Shown: piece after piece, positions 10,072-18,825 of the stretch
Numbering within the stretch: the first letter of the stretch is position 1
How the letters are laid out: every line of letters begins with the position of its first letter
Position numbers and translations under genes: made by a program
Notes under the pieces: model-generated
Seen by the model: the letters and a program-made list of their open reading frames with translations, nothing else
Database searches by the model: none
Told to the model about the DNA's origin: nothing
Assembly: GCA_040006935.1 (NCBI GenBank)
Contig: JBDTVZ010000003.1
Span: forward strand, 66,224-130,223
DNA from: Candidatus Dojkabacteria bacterium
GTDB lineage: Bacteria; Patescibacteriota; Dojkabacteria; J137
Reading direction: 5' to 3'
DNA length: 64,000 nucleotides

Positions 10072-10094
10072 AACCGGTGGAAGCCGGTTTTTTA
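10072..10094 (+). terminator. Rho-independent terminator after the toxin-antitoxin operon
   Basis: aaccgg-tggaag-ccggtt followed by tttttt. Confidence 0.6.
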
Positions 10095-10161
10095 TTTCAA
10101 AGTCATCTGCTATAATTGCATGCATTTGATATCGCGAAACTTTTCGAACATGTTATCAGAG

Positions 10162-10235
10162 TCGGAGAGTAGTTCAATTGGCTAGAATACGCGTTTTGGG
10201 AACGCGGGGTTGCAGGTTCGAGTCCTGTCTCTCCG
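10162..10235 (+). tRNA. tRNA-Pro (anticodon UGG)
   Basis: A manual cloverleaf fold works. The acceptor CGGAGAG/CUCUCCG pairs. The D-arm is GUUC..GAAU. The anticodon stem is CGCGU/ACGCG with loop UUUGGGA (U33, G37). The T-arm is GCAGG-UUCGAGU-CCUGU. The discriminator is A and no CCA is encoded. It is flanked by an extended inverted repeat, atcagagtcggagag...ctctccgactctgat. Confidence 0.8.
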
Positions 10236-10420
10236 ACTCTGATAATAGTAGTTCAACCCGCCTGTCCGCGCAGTCGGGCAGGTTGGTTAGAATACGCGTT
10301 TTGCTTGCCTGCCTCCTTGGCTGCCTTGGGCATGCTGGCATGGGGAACGCGGGGTTGTCGAGTCCTGTCTCTCCGATTTATTAACAATTCAGTCCTGTTT
10401 GCCTGCCAAAGGCAGGTTTC
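10236..10420 (+). pseudogene. Decayed tRNA-Pro paralog carrying GC-rich repeat element copy B, followed by a ttgcctgcc-aaa-ggcagg hairpin
   Basis: Direct alignment to the intact tRNA-Pro shows the D-loop segment agtagttcaa..ttggttagaatacgcgtttt. A 26-nt GC insert (cccgcctgtccgcgcagtcgggcagg) sits in the D-loop. A 40-nt insert (gcttgcctgcctccttggctgccttgggcatgctggcatg, 10303-10342) lies between anticodon-loop positions 34 and 35. There is a 5-nt deletion in the T-stem. The 3' end tcgagtcctgtctctccga is kept but no complementary 5' acceptor exists. Confidence 0.6.
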
Positions 10421-10434
10421 TTCGATTTATTATT

Positions 10435-11046
10435 ATGAAAGATTTAGATACACAGGTTGAAAATCCTATAAGTATTATTGATAGCACGATAGAAGAAGCA
10501 TTGCCAGCCTACTTTGAAGGATTGAATATCCCCGAAGGTGCAATGAGTAAACTTGCAGCAACGCTCTTAGGTTATGCGAATAGCATTGTATATAAGCGTA
10601 GTGAAGATTATTCTGAAAGCCTTGCGTGTGGGGACTTTGCCAATGTCGCTACTTACCTTCTCGATTCTTTCTCCACGCATTACGGTTTAGACCAAGCCCT
10701 CATAGCTAAGATTATGATTTTCTATGAAGACGAGAGTTCGCATGCGAGAGTAAGTATGTATAACCCAGTTACGGGTAATTTTCTTTACTTTGAACCTCAA
10801 TCTCGTAGAGGAACAACCCTTTTACTAAAGAGTGAATCACTTAAAAAAGACCCTTATGACGCAATTCAAGATTTAGCAACCATCGCTAGTTCCCATATCG
10901 ATAAGATGCGTCAAGTTAAAGAGGTAAAATTCTATACAGATAAAGCTCGTTATGCGACTGAAAGAATAAATAAGAAAGGTAATAGATTGAATACATTCCC
11001 ATCCACAATACAACTTGATTCGAAACTCGCTGAGATTTTTGGATAA
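10435..11046 (+). CDS. Hypothetical protein
   Basis: ORF 10399..11046. The likely start is MKDLDTQ at 10435, because the upstream part overlaps the GC repeat. No motif recognised. Confidence 0.35.
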   Translation: MKDLDTQVENPISIIDSTIEEALPAYFEGLNIPEGAMSKLAATLLGYANSIVYKRSEDYSESLACGDFANVATYLLDSFSTHYGLDQALIAKIMIFYEDESSHARVSMYNPVTGNFLYFEPQSRRGTTLLLKSESLKKDPYDAIQDLATIASSHIDKMRQVKEVKFYTDKARYATERINKKGNRLNTFPSTIQLDSKLAEIFG

Positions 11047-11214
11047 GGTTTGATTAGGCATAAATGTACTGCCGCTTTTCGACCGGCTCCGGATTAAGTA
11101 TATAGTTTAAAGTTTTAAGCTCTAAACAATAGGTTCACATTCTATCCTGTTAGTTTGATTTAAGTTTACACACTTCTCTATTTGCTATAATCTAAGATGG
11201 ATTAAGCAAATCAA

Positions 11215-13008
11215 ATGAAATCTTCACGTTTAAGTTTAAAACAAAATTTCTCCACTCTAGTTTGGATAACAAAACTTGCCTTCTCCTTTAATAGAATCAA
11301 TTACGTTTTGTTAGGTATTTCTACGATTATTCAAGACAATATTCCTATCGCTACTTCTTTTTTAGCTGCCTTAATTATTGAGAAACTTGCAAATGGAGTG
11401 CGTACTTTTAATGACGAAATAATTACTCTGTTAGTTCTTATCTTCCTTACTGGTTTCATATCTAATTATATAAATAGTTTTAATCGTTATTTAACAGTGC
11501 GGTTTAATCAGGCATGGGAATTGAGAGCTTGGAATGTATTCTTGAACAAGACCTCGAGCTTAGACTTTCAACATCTAGAAAGCCCTGAGTATAGTCTTCT
11601 CATGCACAAGGTAAAAGAAACTGTAAATTGGAGAGGAAGCATTGTTGCACAAATTGTTCCAGAAGCAATTTCAGGATTTATTGGAATAATTCTGATTGCT
11701 GGAATTTTTATATCAATCAATCCAATATTTATAATCCTTATATTAATTCCGGAAATATTTCGATTTGTAATTAACAAGAAGTATGGGTTTGATTTATTTT
11801 CAATTTGGGATTCCCATGGCGAAACAAAACACCATGCATGGCATGCACAGGATTCCCTAGAAAAAACTGATGTTTTAAGAGAAGCTAAAATATATTCTTT
11901 CACGGTTAGCATACTTTCAAGATACAAAAGCGAAGTAGGTAAATTTATGAGCGAATCTTTAAAAAAGCTTAATCAGAGATATGCTCTCATAGGAATAGTT
12001 ACATTTTTTGATGTTATGATTTTAGTTTCTATTCAGATCTGGCTGATTCTACAAGTATTTGCTCAAATCATAAATATTGGCTCATATACATTCTATTTGG
12101 GAAGTATTACTACTGCATCAGATGCTTTTAATAGATTACAAATATCACTCTCTTCTCTACTTGAGCAACTTCCTTTTGTAGACGATTTTAGAAAATATTT
12201 AGAAATGGAAGATTTAGTAATTAAACCTGAAAATCCAGTAAAGATTTTACAAACAGCACCTAGAATTGAATTTCAAAATGTTTCGTTTAAATATCCAAAT
12301 TCTGAAGAATATGTCCTTAAAGATGTAAGCTTTACGATTGAACCGGGAGAAAAAATTGCATTAGTTGGAGAAAATGGTGCAGGTAAGACCACTCTTATTA
12401 AATTACTCGCGAGATTTTATGACGTCTCAGATGGAGAAATATTAGTTAATGATATTAATATTAGAGAAATTGACTTAGCTAGTTATTACAAACTTTGGGG
12501 AGTTCTATTTCAGTCTTTTGCAAAGTTATGGTTTTCTATACGGGAAAATATTGGAATTGGCAATACCGAAGATATTAATAACATGGAATTAATAAAAGAT
12601 GCTGCGAGAAAAGCAGATGCAGAAGAATTTATTAATAAACTTCCTATAAAATACGAGACTTTACTAAGCAAAGATTTTAAGAATGGAACCGACTTATCTG
12701 GAGGTCAATGGCAAAAATTAGGAATTGCTAGAGCAATGTTTGCAAATCCTAAATTAATTGTTCTAGATGAACCTACATCCGCCTTAGATGCGTTAGCCGA
12801 AGCAGAAGTATTCGAAAGTATTAATGAACTATCAAAGAACTCCACTGTTCTGGTAATTTCCCATAGATTTGCGACAGTGAGAAATGCTAATAGGATTTTA
12901 GTTTTAAAAGATGGGAAATTATTAGAACAAGGAACTCACAAAGAACTTTTGGAAAATGATAACCTCTATGCACAAATGTTTAACGAACAGGCTAAGGGTT
13001 ATTTATAA
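11215..13008 (+). CDS. ABC transporter, fused permease/ATP-binding protein (exporter type)
   Basis: Six N-terminal TM helices. Walker A GENGAGKTTL, ABC signature LSGGQWQKLGIARA, and Walker B LIVLDEPTSALD. Confidence 0.85.
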   Translation: MKSSRLSLKQNFSTLVWITKLAFSFNRINYVLLGISTIIQDNIPIATSFLAALIIEKLANGVRTFNDEIITLLVLIFLTGFISNYINSFNRYLTVRFNQAWELRAWNVFLNKTSSLDFQHLESPEYSLLMHKVKETVNWRGSIVAQIVPEAISGFIGIILIAGIFISINPIFIILILIPEIFRFVINKKYGFDLFSIWDSHGETKHHAWHAQDSLEKTDVLREAKIYSFTVSILSRYKSEVGKFMSESLKKLNQRYALIGIVTFFDVMILVSIQIWLILQVFAQIINIGSYTFYLGSITTASDAFNRLQISLSSLLEQLPFVDDFRKYLEMEDLVIKPENPVKILQTAPRIEFQNVSFKYPNSEEYVLKDVSFTIEPGEKIALVGENGAGKTTLIKLLARFYDVSDGEILVNDINIREIDLASYYKLWGVLFQSFAKLWFSIRENIGIGNTEDINNMELIKDAARKADAEEFINKLPIKYETLLSKDFKNGTDLSGGQWQKLGIARAMFANPKLIVLDEPTSALDALAEAEVFESINELSKNSTVLVISHRFATVRNANRILVLKDGKLLEQGTHKELLENDNLYAQMFNEQAKGYL

Positions 13009-13023
13009 ATTAGTTAAAATAAT

Positions 13024-13443
13024 ATGAAGGAGATTTATAAAGTTAAATTAGTATCACTAGTTGTACTCGAAAAGAACAATCAGATTCTGTTAATTAGGCG
13101 TTTGAATACTGGATGGGAAGACGGAAAGTATACTGTCCCGTCTGGACATTTAGAGGAAGGTGAAAAACCTTTAGAAGCAGCAGTGAGAGAGACAAGGGAA
13201 GAAGTTGGGGTTGAATTAAACACAGATGACTTGAAACTTGTGCATGTAGATTTTTTCGATAATTACATTCATCTATATTTTAAGTGTTCTAAATGGTCGG
13301 GAGAACCACAAATCATGGAACCCAATAAATGCGATGATATTTTATGGGCAAGTTATAATGATTTACCAGAAAACCTTGCTGGCCATGGACATGAAACATT
13401 GAGAGCCATAGGTGAGAATATATTATTTTCTGAATATGACTAA
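13024..13443 (+). CDS. NUDIX hydrolase
   Basis: Nudix box GHLEEGEKPLEAAVRETREEVGVEL. Confidence 0.8.
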   Translation: MKEIYKVKLVSLVVLEKNNQILLIRRLNTGWEDGKYTVPSGHLEEGEKPLEAAVRETREEVGVELNTDDLKLVHVDFFDNYIHLYFKCSKWSGEPQIMEPNKCDDILWASYNDLPENLAGHGHETLRAIGENILFSEYD

Positions 13444-13451
13444 ATTAATTT

Positions 13452-14084
13452 ATGAAGCTCACTCTCTTCTCACAAAATATTACTGAAAAACATATTAATA
13501 AGTTAGAGACCTATTTTCACAAACCACTGGCTAAAGTTAAATTTCTATATATAAATACTCCCGGTAATTACAAACCATATAAATCTGAATGGATGATAAA
13601 AAGTGAAAGAAAGTGGCAAAATATTTTTCCTAAATTTCAAGAATTCGATATCGAAAGGGCTTATAGAGTTGATAAAAATTTCGATTTCAAAACTTATTTC
13701 GAATCTTTCGATTTTATATTTATAAGTGGTGGGAATGTTTTTGTACTTTCATACTGGATGGAAAAAACAGGGTGTAGAGATATATTAAAAAAGTTAGTCG
13801 AAGAAGGAAAGGTTGTATACGGAGGAGAATCTTCTGGGGCTGTTTATGTATACAAAGACCTAGAAATTTATAGCGCAGCAGATGAGCCTAAAGATGCTCC
13901 AGCAGTAGTAAATGATGGTTTGGGTTTTATAGATTTTGCACCAATTCCCCATTGGGAGAATGAGAAATTTCAAAGTATTTTGGAAGATATAAAAAAACAA
14001 TTTGAAAGTAAAAATGTGACAACTTATACAATCGAGGACAATCAAGCTTTATTTATTGCTACAGATAAAGTTCAAATTATTTAA
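13452..14084 (+). CDS. Peptidase S51 (dipeptidase E-like) family protein
   Basis: FISGGNVFVL and the GESSGA nucleophile-elbow motif are typical of S51/PepE. Confidence 0.5.
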   Translation: MKLTLFSQNITEKHINKLETYFHKPLAKVKFLYINTPGNYKPYKSEWMIKSERKWQNIFPKFQEFDIERAYRVDKNFDFKTYFESFDFIFISGGNVFVLSYWMEKTGCRDILKKLVEEGKVVYGGESSGAVYVYKDLEIYSAADEPKDAPAVVNDGLGFIDFAPIPHWENEKFQSILEDIKKQFESKNVTTYTIEDNQALFIATDKVQII

Positions 14085-14099
14085 AATTATTTTTTTAAC

Positions 14100-14366
14100 A
14101 TGGAAGCAAAAACCGAAACACAAACTGCATCGCAACCAGAAAAACAAATTGAATATAAACCTGCTCTTTTGACAGAGTGGCAGGGTAAACTTGAAGGCAA
14201 GAATGTCACTGCGAATATTAACGGTAATATTGTAAAAGGTTCTGTAAAACAAATTATGATCTCGCAGACCTTCCCTAAAATTCTTATGGCTTTAATTCGA
14301 TCCCTAGACGGGAAGAGTTATATTGCATACGACTTAGACAAAGTTACAGTTGATGAGGTAATTTAA
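14100..14366 (+). CDS. Hypothetical small protein
   Basis: ORF only. Confidence 0.3.
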   Translation: MEAKTETQTASQPEKQIEYKPALLTEWQGKLEGKNVTANINGNIVKGSVKQIMISQTFPKILMALIRSLDGKSYIAYDLDKVTVDEVI

Positions 14367-15370
14367 TCTATATACGCGAAAGTTATTGTCGGCGTTTGGC
14401 CTAAGTAACCAATTTTATATTCCTCAATCTTATAATTTGGAAAGTTCCTACTTAGATACTTACTCACTATTTCGGGATTAGAGCTTATAAGACCTATCCC
14501 TCCATTGATCTCTAGGATTCTCCTATATTCATTTATTATGCCGTTGTATAAGGAGTTAATATCATCAATTCTTATTTGTTTACCCCAAGGTAAATTAGAA
14601 ACTGCGATATCGAATTGTCTAGTAAATTTAGTATGTGAAGCATCCTCCAAGTACAATTTAAAATCCTGATATCCAACTTTTGCTAGATTTTTCTTAGTTA
14701 TCTCCACTCTACTACTAAGAATATCCCCTCCAGAAACTTTCAGACCCTGATTGAACCCCTCACATAAAAAAGTTCCACTTCCACATAAATTATCTACTAG
14801 AGTTTTTGCATCAACTTTGCTTTTTAGAAAAGTAATCATAGCTGCCGCTATTGTTGGCCTTATACTTCCAAATTGTGACATATGTTCATACTCTCTTTGA
14901 TATAAACTTTTTGGGAATATTTTTAATAATACAGTTGCATTCTCTCCTTCCAGTGCAACTTTAACATCAAAGTTTGAATGATCTAAAGGAGAATATGAAA
15001 AGCCTAATATCTTAGTAAGCTTATCCGAAAACTGAGATTTGATTGAATCTTGTGAATAATCTTTATTTTTATAAACACTTGCTGTAATTGAAAAGAACGC
15101 TTTGATTTTTCTAATCCCTTTAATCCACTCAATGGCTTCAGAAAAATTCTCTTTGGTTAAAAGATTAATTATCGTTGTAATATTTGCACTTAATATTAAG
15201 ATTGACAAATCATCGACTGTTTTCAGATGGGCAAGTTGTGTAGTATCACCTAAAAAATCAAACTCCACATGTTTTTGCCTGCAACTTATGTTTGAAACTC
15301 CTTCAAGTTGCCTAATTTCTTCTGCTGAGATCTCTTCTATTCCTTTTACAACACTGGCAATAATTTTCAT
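14363..15370 (-). CDS. THUMP-domain RNA (guanine-N2) methyltransferase-like protein
   Basis: SAM motif LCGSGTFLCEGF. The catalytic motif is SNLPWG (a (D/N)PP(Y/F/W)-type). An N-terminal THUMP-like region is present. Confidence 0.6.
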   Translation of the reverse strand: MKIIASVVKGIEEISAEEIRQLEGVSNISCRQKHVEFDFLGDTTQLAHLKTVDDLSILILSANITTIINLLTKENFSEAIEWIKGIRKIKAFFSITASVYKNKDYSQDSIKSQFSDKLTKILGFSYSPLDHSNFDVKVALEGENATVLLKIFPKSLYQREYEHMSQFGSIRPTIAAAMITFLKSKVDAKTLVDNLCGSGTFLCEGFNQGLKVSGGDILSSRVEITKKNLAKVGYQDFKLYLEDASHTKFTRQFDIAVSNLPWGKQIRIDDINSLYNGIINEYRRILEINGGIGLISSNPEIVSKYLSRNFPNYKIEEYKIGYLGQTPTITFAYID

Positions 15371-15459
15371 GGTTAGATTATACTACCACAACGCAATACC
15401 TAAATTAAGAAGGATGAAAGTCTAGTGAAAAGATTCTACTGTTACACCCAGTCTTGCGG

Positions 15460-15487
15460 GAATGTTACGTAATTTTACGTAACATTC
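15460..15487. promoter_or_regulatory. Perfect 28-bp palindrome GAATGTTACGTAA-TT-TTACGTAACATTC, a putative operator
   Basis: Seen directly: 13-bp perfect arms, a 2-nt spacer and two TTACGTAA cores. It lies in the upstream region of the THUMP methyltransferase, next to the GC-rich element. Confidence 0.45.
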
Positions 15488-15500
15488 ACCTGTATTTGTG

Positions 15501-15641
15501 GTCATTGCGAGGAGGACTTATTGTGCCCTGCCCTGCTTGCCTGCCTTTGGCATGCTGGCATGGAGCGGAGTCGAAGGGTGGCAATCCCATTAGAAACCAA
15601 GTCCTTGGATTGCTTCTCAGTCTTAGACGGATCGCAATGAC
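15501..15641. repeat. GC-rich repeat element copy C, flanked by a 10-bp inverted repeat GTCATTGCGA/TCGCAATGAC; core gcttgcctgcctttggcatgctggcatgg at 15535-15563
   Basis: The GC-rich block shares the core with copies at 8331 and 10303. It is followed by agcggagtcgaagggtgg, which is also seen at 18806. A separate 26-nt perfect palindrome catgcctgactgc|gcagtcaggcatg lies at 15659-15684. Confidence 0.6.
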
Positions 15642-15722
15642 AACAAGAAATAGGCCGCCATGCCTGACTGCGCAGTCAGGCATGTAACACAGCTGGCGAT
15701 AATGTTGACTTCACAAGGGTAA

Positions 15723-16382
15723 TTAGCCTTTTTTATTAGCTTTCCATTCCTCTATCTCTGCATGATTCCCTGAAAGAAGAACTTCTGGAACTGTCCACTC
15801 TTCGCCTTCATCATTTTTGAAAGTACTTGGACGTGTGTATTGAGGATATTCGGGATTACCTTCTGTTGTTTCGTCTTGTAAAGATTCTTCACTTCCTAAA
15901 ACCCCTGGCATTAATCTTATTATAGAATCTAAAATCACCATCGAAGGTAGCTCTCCGCCAGACAAAACATAGTTTCCTATACTAATCTCTTCGTCAATTA
16001 AGTTTTCTACAATCCTATGATCAAAACCTTCGTAATGCCCACAAAGAATTACAACTCTATCAATTTCTTTAGAATATGTTTGTGCGAAAGTCTGATTCCA
16101 TTGCTTTCCTTTTGCACTCGTTAAGATTACTTTTGTTTTTGGATCTTTGTTTGGATAAACTCCAAGTGCTTTTAATGCGTTGTAAACAACTTCTAACTTT
16201 ATTAACATTCCTGGATTTCCACCAAAAGGTTTATCGTCAACGGTGTGGTGTTTATCTGTAGACCAATCTCGAAGATTATGAATATTTATTTTTACTAAAT
16301 TTTTTTCTTTTGCTCTTTTTACAATACTTTCGTTTAAGTACGAGTAGGAGTTTGGGAAAAGTGTAATTATGTCGAATTGCAA
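15723..16382 (-). CDS. trmD: tRNA (guanine37-N1)-methyltransferase TrmD
   Basis: MQFDIITLFP.., ILCGHYEGFDHR and SIGNYVLSGGELPSMVILDSIIRLMPGVLG are classic TrmD motifs. Confidence 0.92.
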   Translation of the reverse strand: MQFDIITLFPNSYSYLNESIVKRAKEKNLVKINIHNLRDWSTDKHHTVDDKPFGGNPGMLIKLEVVYNALKALGVYPNKDPKTKVILTSAKGKQWNQTFAQTYSKEIDRVVILCGHYEGFDHRIVENLIDEEISIGNYVLSGGELPSMVILDSIIRLMPGVLGSEESLQDETTEGNPEYPQYTRPSTFKNDEGEEWTVPEVLLSGNHAEIEEWKANKKG

Positions 16383-16521
16383 TGTAGTGAATAGTTAAGA
16401 GTTAAATAGTTAATAGATTTTATCATATCAGCTGAATCTGATCTTCTAACTGATCATTTATAAATTCTAATCGCTTTAGATCTTTAGATTTCGAAATTCC
16501 ATAAATCTAATTGCTAAATAT

Positions 16522-18732
16522 CTAAGAATCTAATTTCTCCAGCTTAGCGTACTCCATCATTAATTCTTTTTTCCCGTAAACTGGTCCGAAGTTGATGATC
16601 ACAATATCTGAATCTATATACTCTACTGTTCCTTTTCCAAAGTAATCATGCCTGACTTTATCACCAATACTTAAATCTACAGATGGTTTGTAAGGTTTAT
16701 CAATAGAAGAATCTGATGCTGCACTCCAACTTGTTTCGTAACCAATCGCTTCATCGTTTTGTAAATCTAAAATTGAATTATCAATGTCTTCAATAAATCT
16801 TGAAATTAGATTTCGTTGAGTCTTTCCAAAATATTTTCTGGACTTTGTGTACGTCATGAATAACTTTTTCTTTGCTCTTGTGATTGCAACATAAGCAAGA
16901 CGCCTTTCCTCTTCCATTTCGTGTTCGTCCATCATTGAGTTTGAATGTGGGAATAAATTTTCTTCCATTCCAACAACGAATACATATTCAAATTCCAATC
17001 CTTTTGCAGAGTGAATTGTCATTAACGTAACTGATTCTGACGAAACTTCTTTTTTACTAAAACTTTCTAATAAAGATATTTCTCCTAAGAAATTTTCCAA
17101 TGCTTCCTCTGGTTCTTGATCTTCAAATTTTGAAGCGAGTGAAATTAATTCTTTTAAGTTTTCAATTCTTGTTTCTCCTTCCGCAGTTCCGTCATCTAAC
17201 ATTTCTATATATTTTGTTTTTTCGAGAACAAGATTAATAAAGTCTATGATCTTCTTTTCTTTAGATTGTTTGATCAAATCCACAATCATTGATGCAAATG
17301 CTTTTAACTTCGGATTTATTCCGTCTTCCGTTTCCCGCTGACCGTTAACCTCGAGCAGGTATTGCAATGCACCCATGCCTTTCCCCTTGGCTAAAACTTC
17401 AAGATCCGTTGCGCTTTTATCTCCAATTCCTCTTCTCGGAGTATTTACCACTCTTTTAAAAGACGAATTATCCTTTGGGTTATAAATTAATCGAAGATAC
17501 GAAAGAATATCTTTAACCTCTTTTCTATCATAAAAACGAACTCCACCAACAATTTTATATGGAATATTATTTTGTAAAAATGCTTCTTCTAAAGTTCTTG
17601 ACTGTGCGTTTGTTCTATATAAAACTGCGAAATCATTAAATCCCTCTGGTGAATCTTTTTTTAATTTTTCAATTACTTCAGTTACATATAGCGCTTCATT
17701 CTCTTCGTTAAGTGCTTTGTACAAAACTATATTGTCTCCATTATCATTTTCTGTCCAAAGTTTTTTATCTTTTCTTCTTTTATTTTTTGAAATTACTTGA
17801 TGTGATGCTTCTAAAATCTTTTTTGTGGATCGGTAATTTTGTTCTAGTTTAATTACCTTTGCACTCGGGTAATCTTTTTCGAAGCTTAAAATGTTTTTAA
17901 TTGTTGCTCCTCTGAATGCGTAAATACTTTGATCGTCATCTCCAACACAACAAATATTTTTGTAATGCTCTGCCAACAATTTAATAATTGTATACTGAGC
18001 ATGATTTGTATCCTGGTATTCATCAACTAAAATATATTTAAATGCTTTTTGTAAATTAGTTAAAACTTCTTTGTTGTTTTTTAAAAGCTGAACTGTAAGC
18101 ATTAATAAATCATCGAAATCTACTGCGTTACTTTCTTTTAAAATTTTTTGATACTCTGGATAAACTCTGGCAACAGCTTGTTGAAAATATCCTTGTGCGG
18201 ATCCTGAATATTCTTGATGTGTAATTAATTCGTTTTTTGCAGAAGAAATATAGGAATGTATTGCGTATGCATTAAATTCTTTTGTGGAAATTTTTGCTGC
18301 TTCCATTGCATCTTTTGTAATTGCAATTTGATCACTGGAATCGTAAATGATGAAATTTCTGTTAATCCCAACTAATTCACCATATTTTTTTAAAAGCTTT
18401 AAACAAATGGAATGAAAAGTTCCCATCCAAGGTAAGTTTTCAGTTTGTTTATTCTCTGATGACTGATTACTGATAACTGACAACTTTTTTATTCTCTCTT
18501 TCATTTCCTCAGCAGCTTTATTTGTGAAAGTCATTGCAAGGATATTCATTGGGCCAGCTAAACCAGAATCAAGAATGTAAGCAAGACGATAGGTTAAAAC
18601 TCTAGTTTTACCAGATCCCGCACCTGCTAAAACCAAGACTGGACCTTCTGTAGCCAGAACAGCTTCTTTTTGTGGTGGATTTAAGATGTCTAAATTAATC
18701 ATGGGAAATTCAAAAGATTCTTTGAATGTTAT
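16522..18732 (-). CDS. uvrD: ATP-dependent DNA helicase UvrD/PcrA
   Basis: Walker A AGAGSGKTRVLTYR and helicase motifs II-VI (DEYQDTN, VGDDDQSIY, QNYRST, VLYRTN). A C-terminal Tudor-like tail is present. The ORF extends to 18831, but the conserved N-terminus begins near MITFKE/MINLDILNPPQKEAV. Confidence 0.9.
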   Translation of the reverse strand: MTFKESFEFPMINLDILNPPQKEAVLATEGPVLVLAGAGSGKTRVLTYRLAYILDSGLAGPMNILAMTFTNKAAEEMKERIKKLSVISNQSSENKQTENLPWMGTFHSICLKLLKKYGELVGINRNFIIYDSSDQIAITKDAMEAAKISTKEFNAYAIHSYISSAKNELITHQEYSGSAQGYFQQAVARVYPEYQKILKESNAVDFDDLLMLTVQLLKNNKEVLTNLQKAFKYILVDEYQDTNHAQYTIIKLLAEHYKNICCVGDDDQSIYAFRGATIKNILSFEKDYPSAKVIKLEQNYRSTKKILEASHQVISKNKRRKDKKLWTENDNGDNIVLYKALNEENEALYVTEVIEKLKKDSPEGFNDFAVLYRTNAQSRTLEEAFLQNNIPYKIVGGVRFYDRKEVKDILSYLRLIYNPKDNSSFKRVVNTPRRGIGDKSATDLEVLAKGKGMGALQYLLEVNGQRETEDGINPKLKAFASMIVDLIKQSKEKKIIDFINLVLEKTKYIEMLDDGTAEGETRIENLKELISLASKFEDQEPEEALENFLGEISLLESFSKKEVSSESVTLMTIHSAKGLEFEYVFVVGMEENLFPHSNSMMDEHEMEEERRLAYVAITRAKKKLFMTYTKSRKYFGKTQRNLISRFIEDIDNSILDLQNDEAIGYETSWSAASDSSIDKPYKPSVDLSIGDKVRHDYFGKGTVEYIDSDIVIINFGPVYGKKELMMEYAKLEKLDS

Positions 18733-18794
18733 CATAATTGTGGTTGAAAAGTTATAAAGTTCAAGGTGTGAAACTAAGTAATTCATTGCTATAG

Positions 18795-18825
18795 TAGGTG
18801 GCATGGTGAACGGAGTCGAACCATG
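18795..18825. repeat. GC-rich repeat fragment copy D (ggtggcatggtgaacggagtcgaaccatg), a hairpin with T-loop-like GGTTCGACTCC on the - strand
   Basis: It aligns to 15543-15575 (gctggcatggagcggagtcgaagggtgg). Its CATGGTGA...GTCGAACCATG ends match 31067-31132. Confidence 0.45.

Noticed and set aside
10178-10384. 68-aa ORF on + strand
   Set aside because: It lies entirely within tRNA-Pro and the GC-rich pseudo-tRNA element. Its GC-rich codon usage is unlike real genes here, so it is spurious.
10236-10420. Group I intron or archaeal-type BHB mini-intron in a functional tRNA-Pro
   Set aside because: The inserts are 26-40 nt, far too short for group I. The host is clearly bacterial (rpoD, ftsZ, dnaA). 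The copy lacks an acceptor stem and has a T-stem deletion, so I treat it as a pseudogene or element scaffold.
15454-15687. 77-aa (+) and 65-aa (-) ORFs
   Set aside because: Both are wholly inside GC-rich repeat copy C. Overlapping antisense ORFs are produced by GC-rich sequence in an AT-rich, stop-rich genome, so they are not coding.
18795-18825. Complete tRNA on the minus strand (T-loop-like GGTTCGACTCC)
   Set aside because: No matching 5' acceptor strand, D-arm or anticodon arm could be folded upstream. It is retained only as a tRNA-like fragment or repeat.
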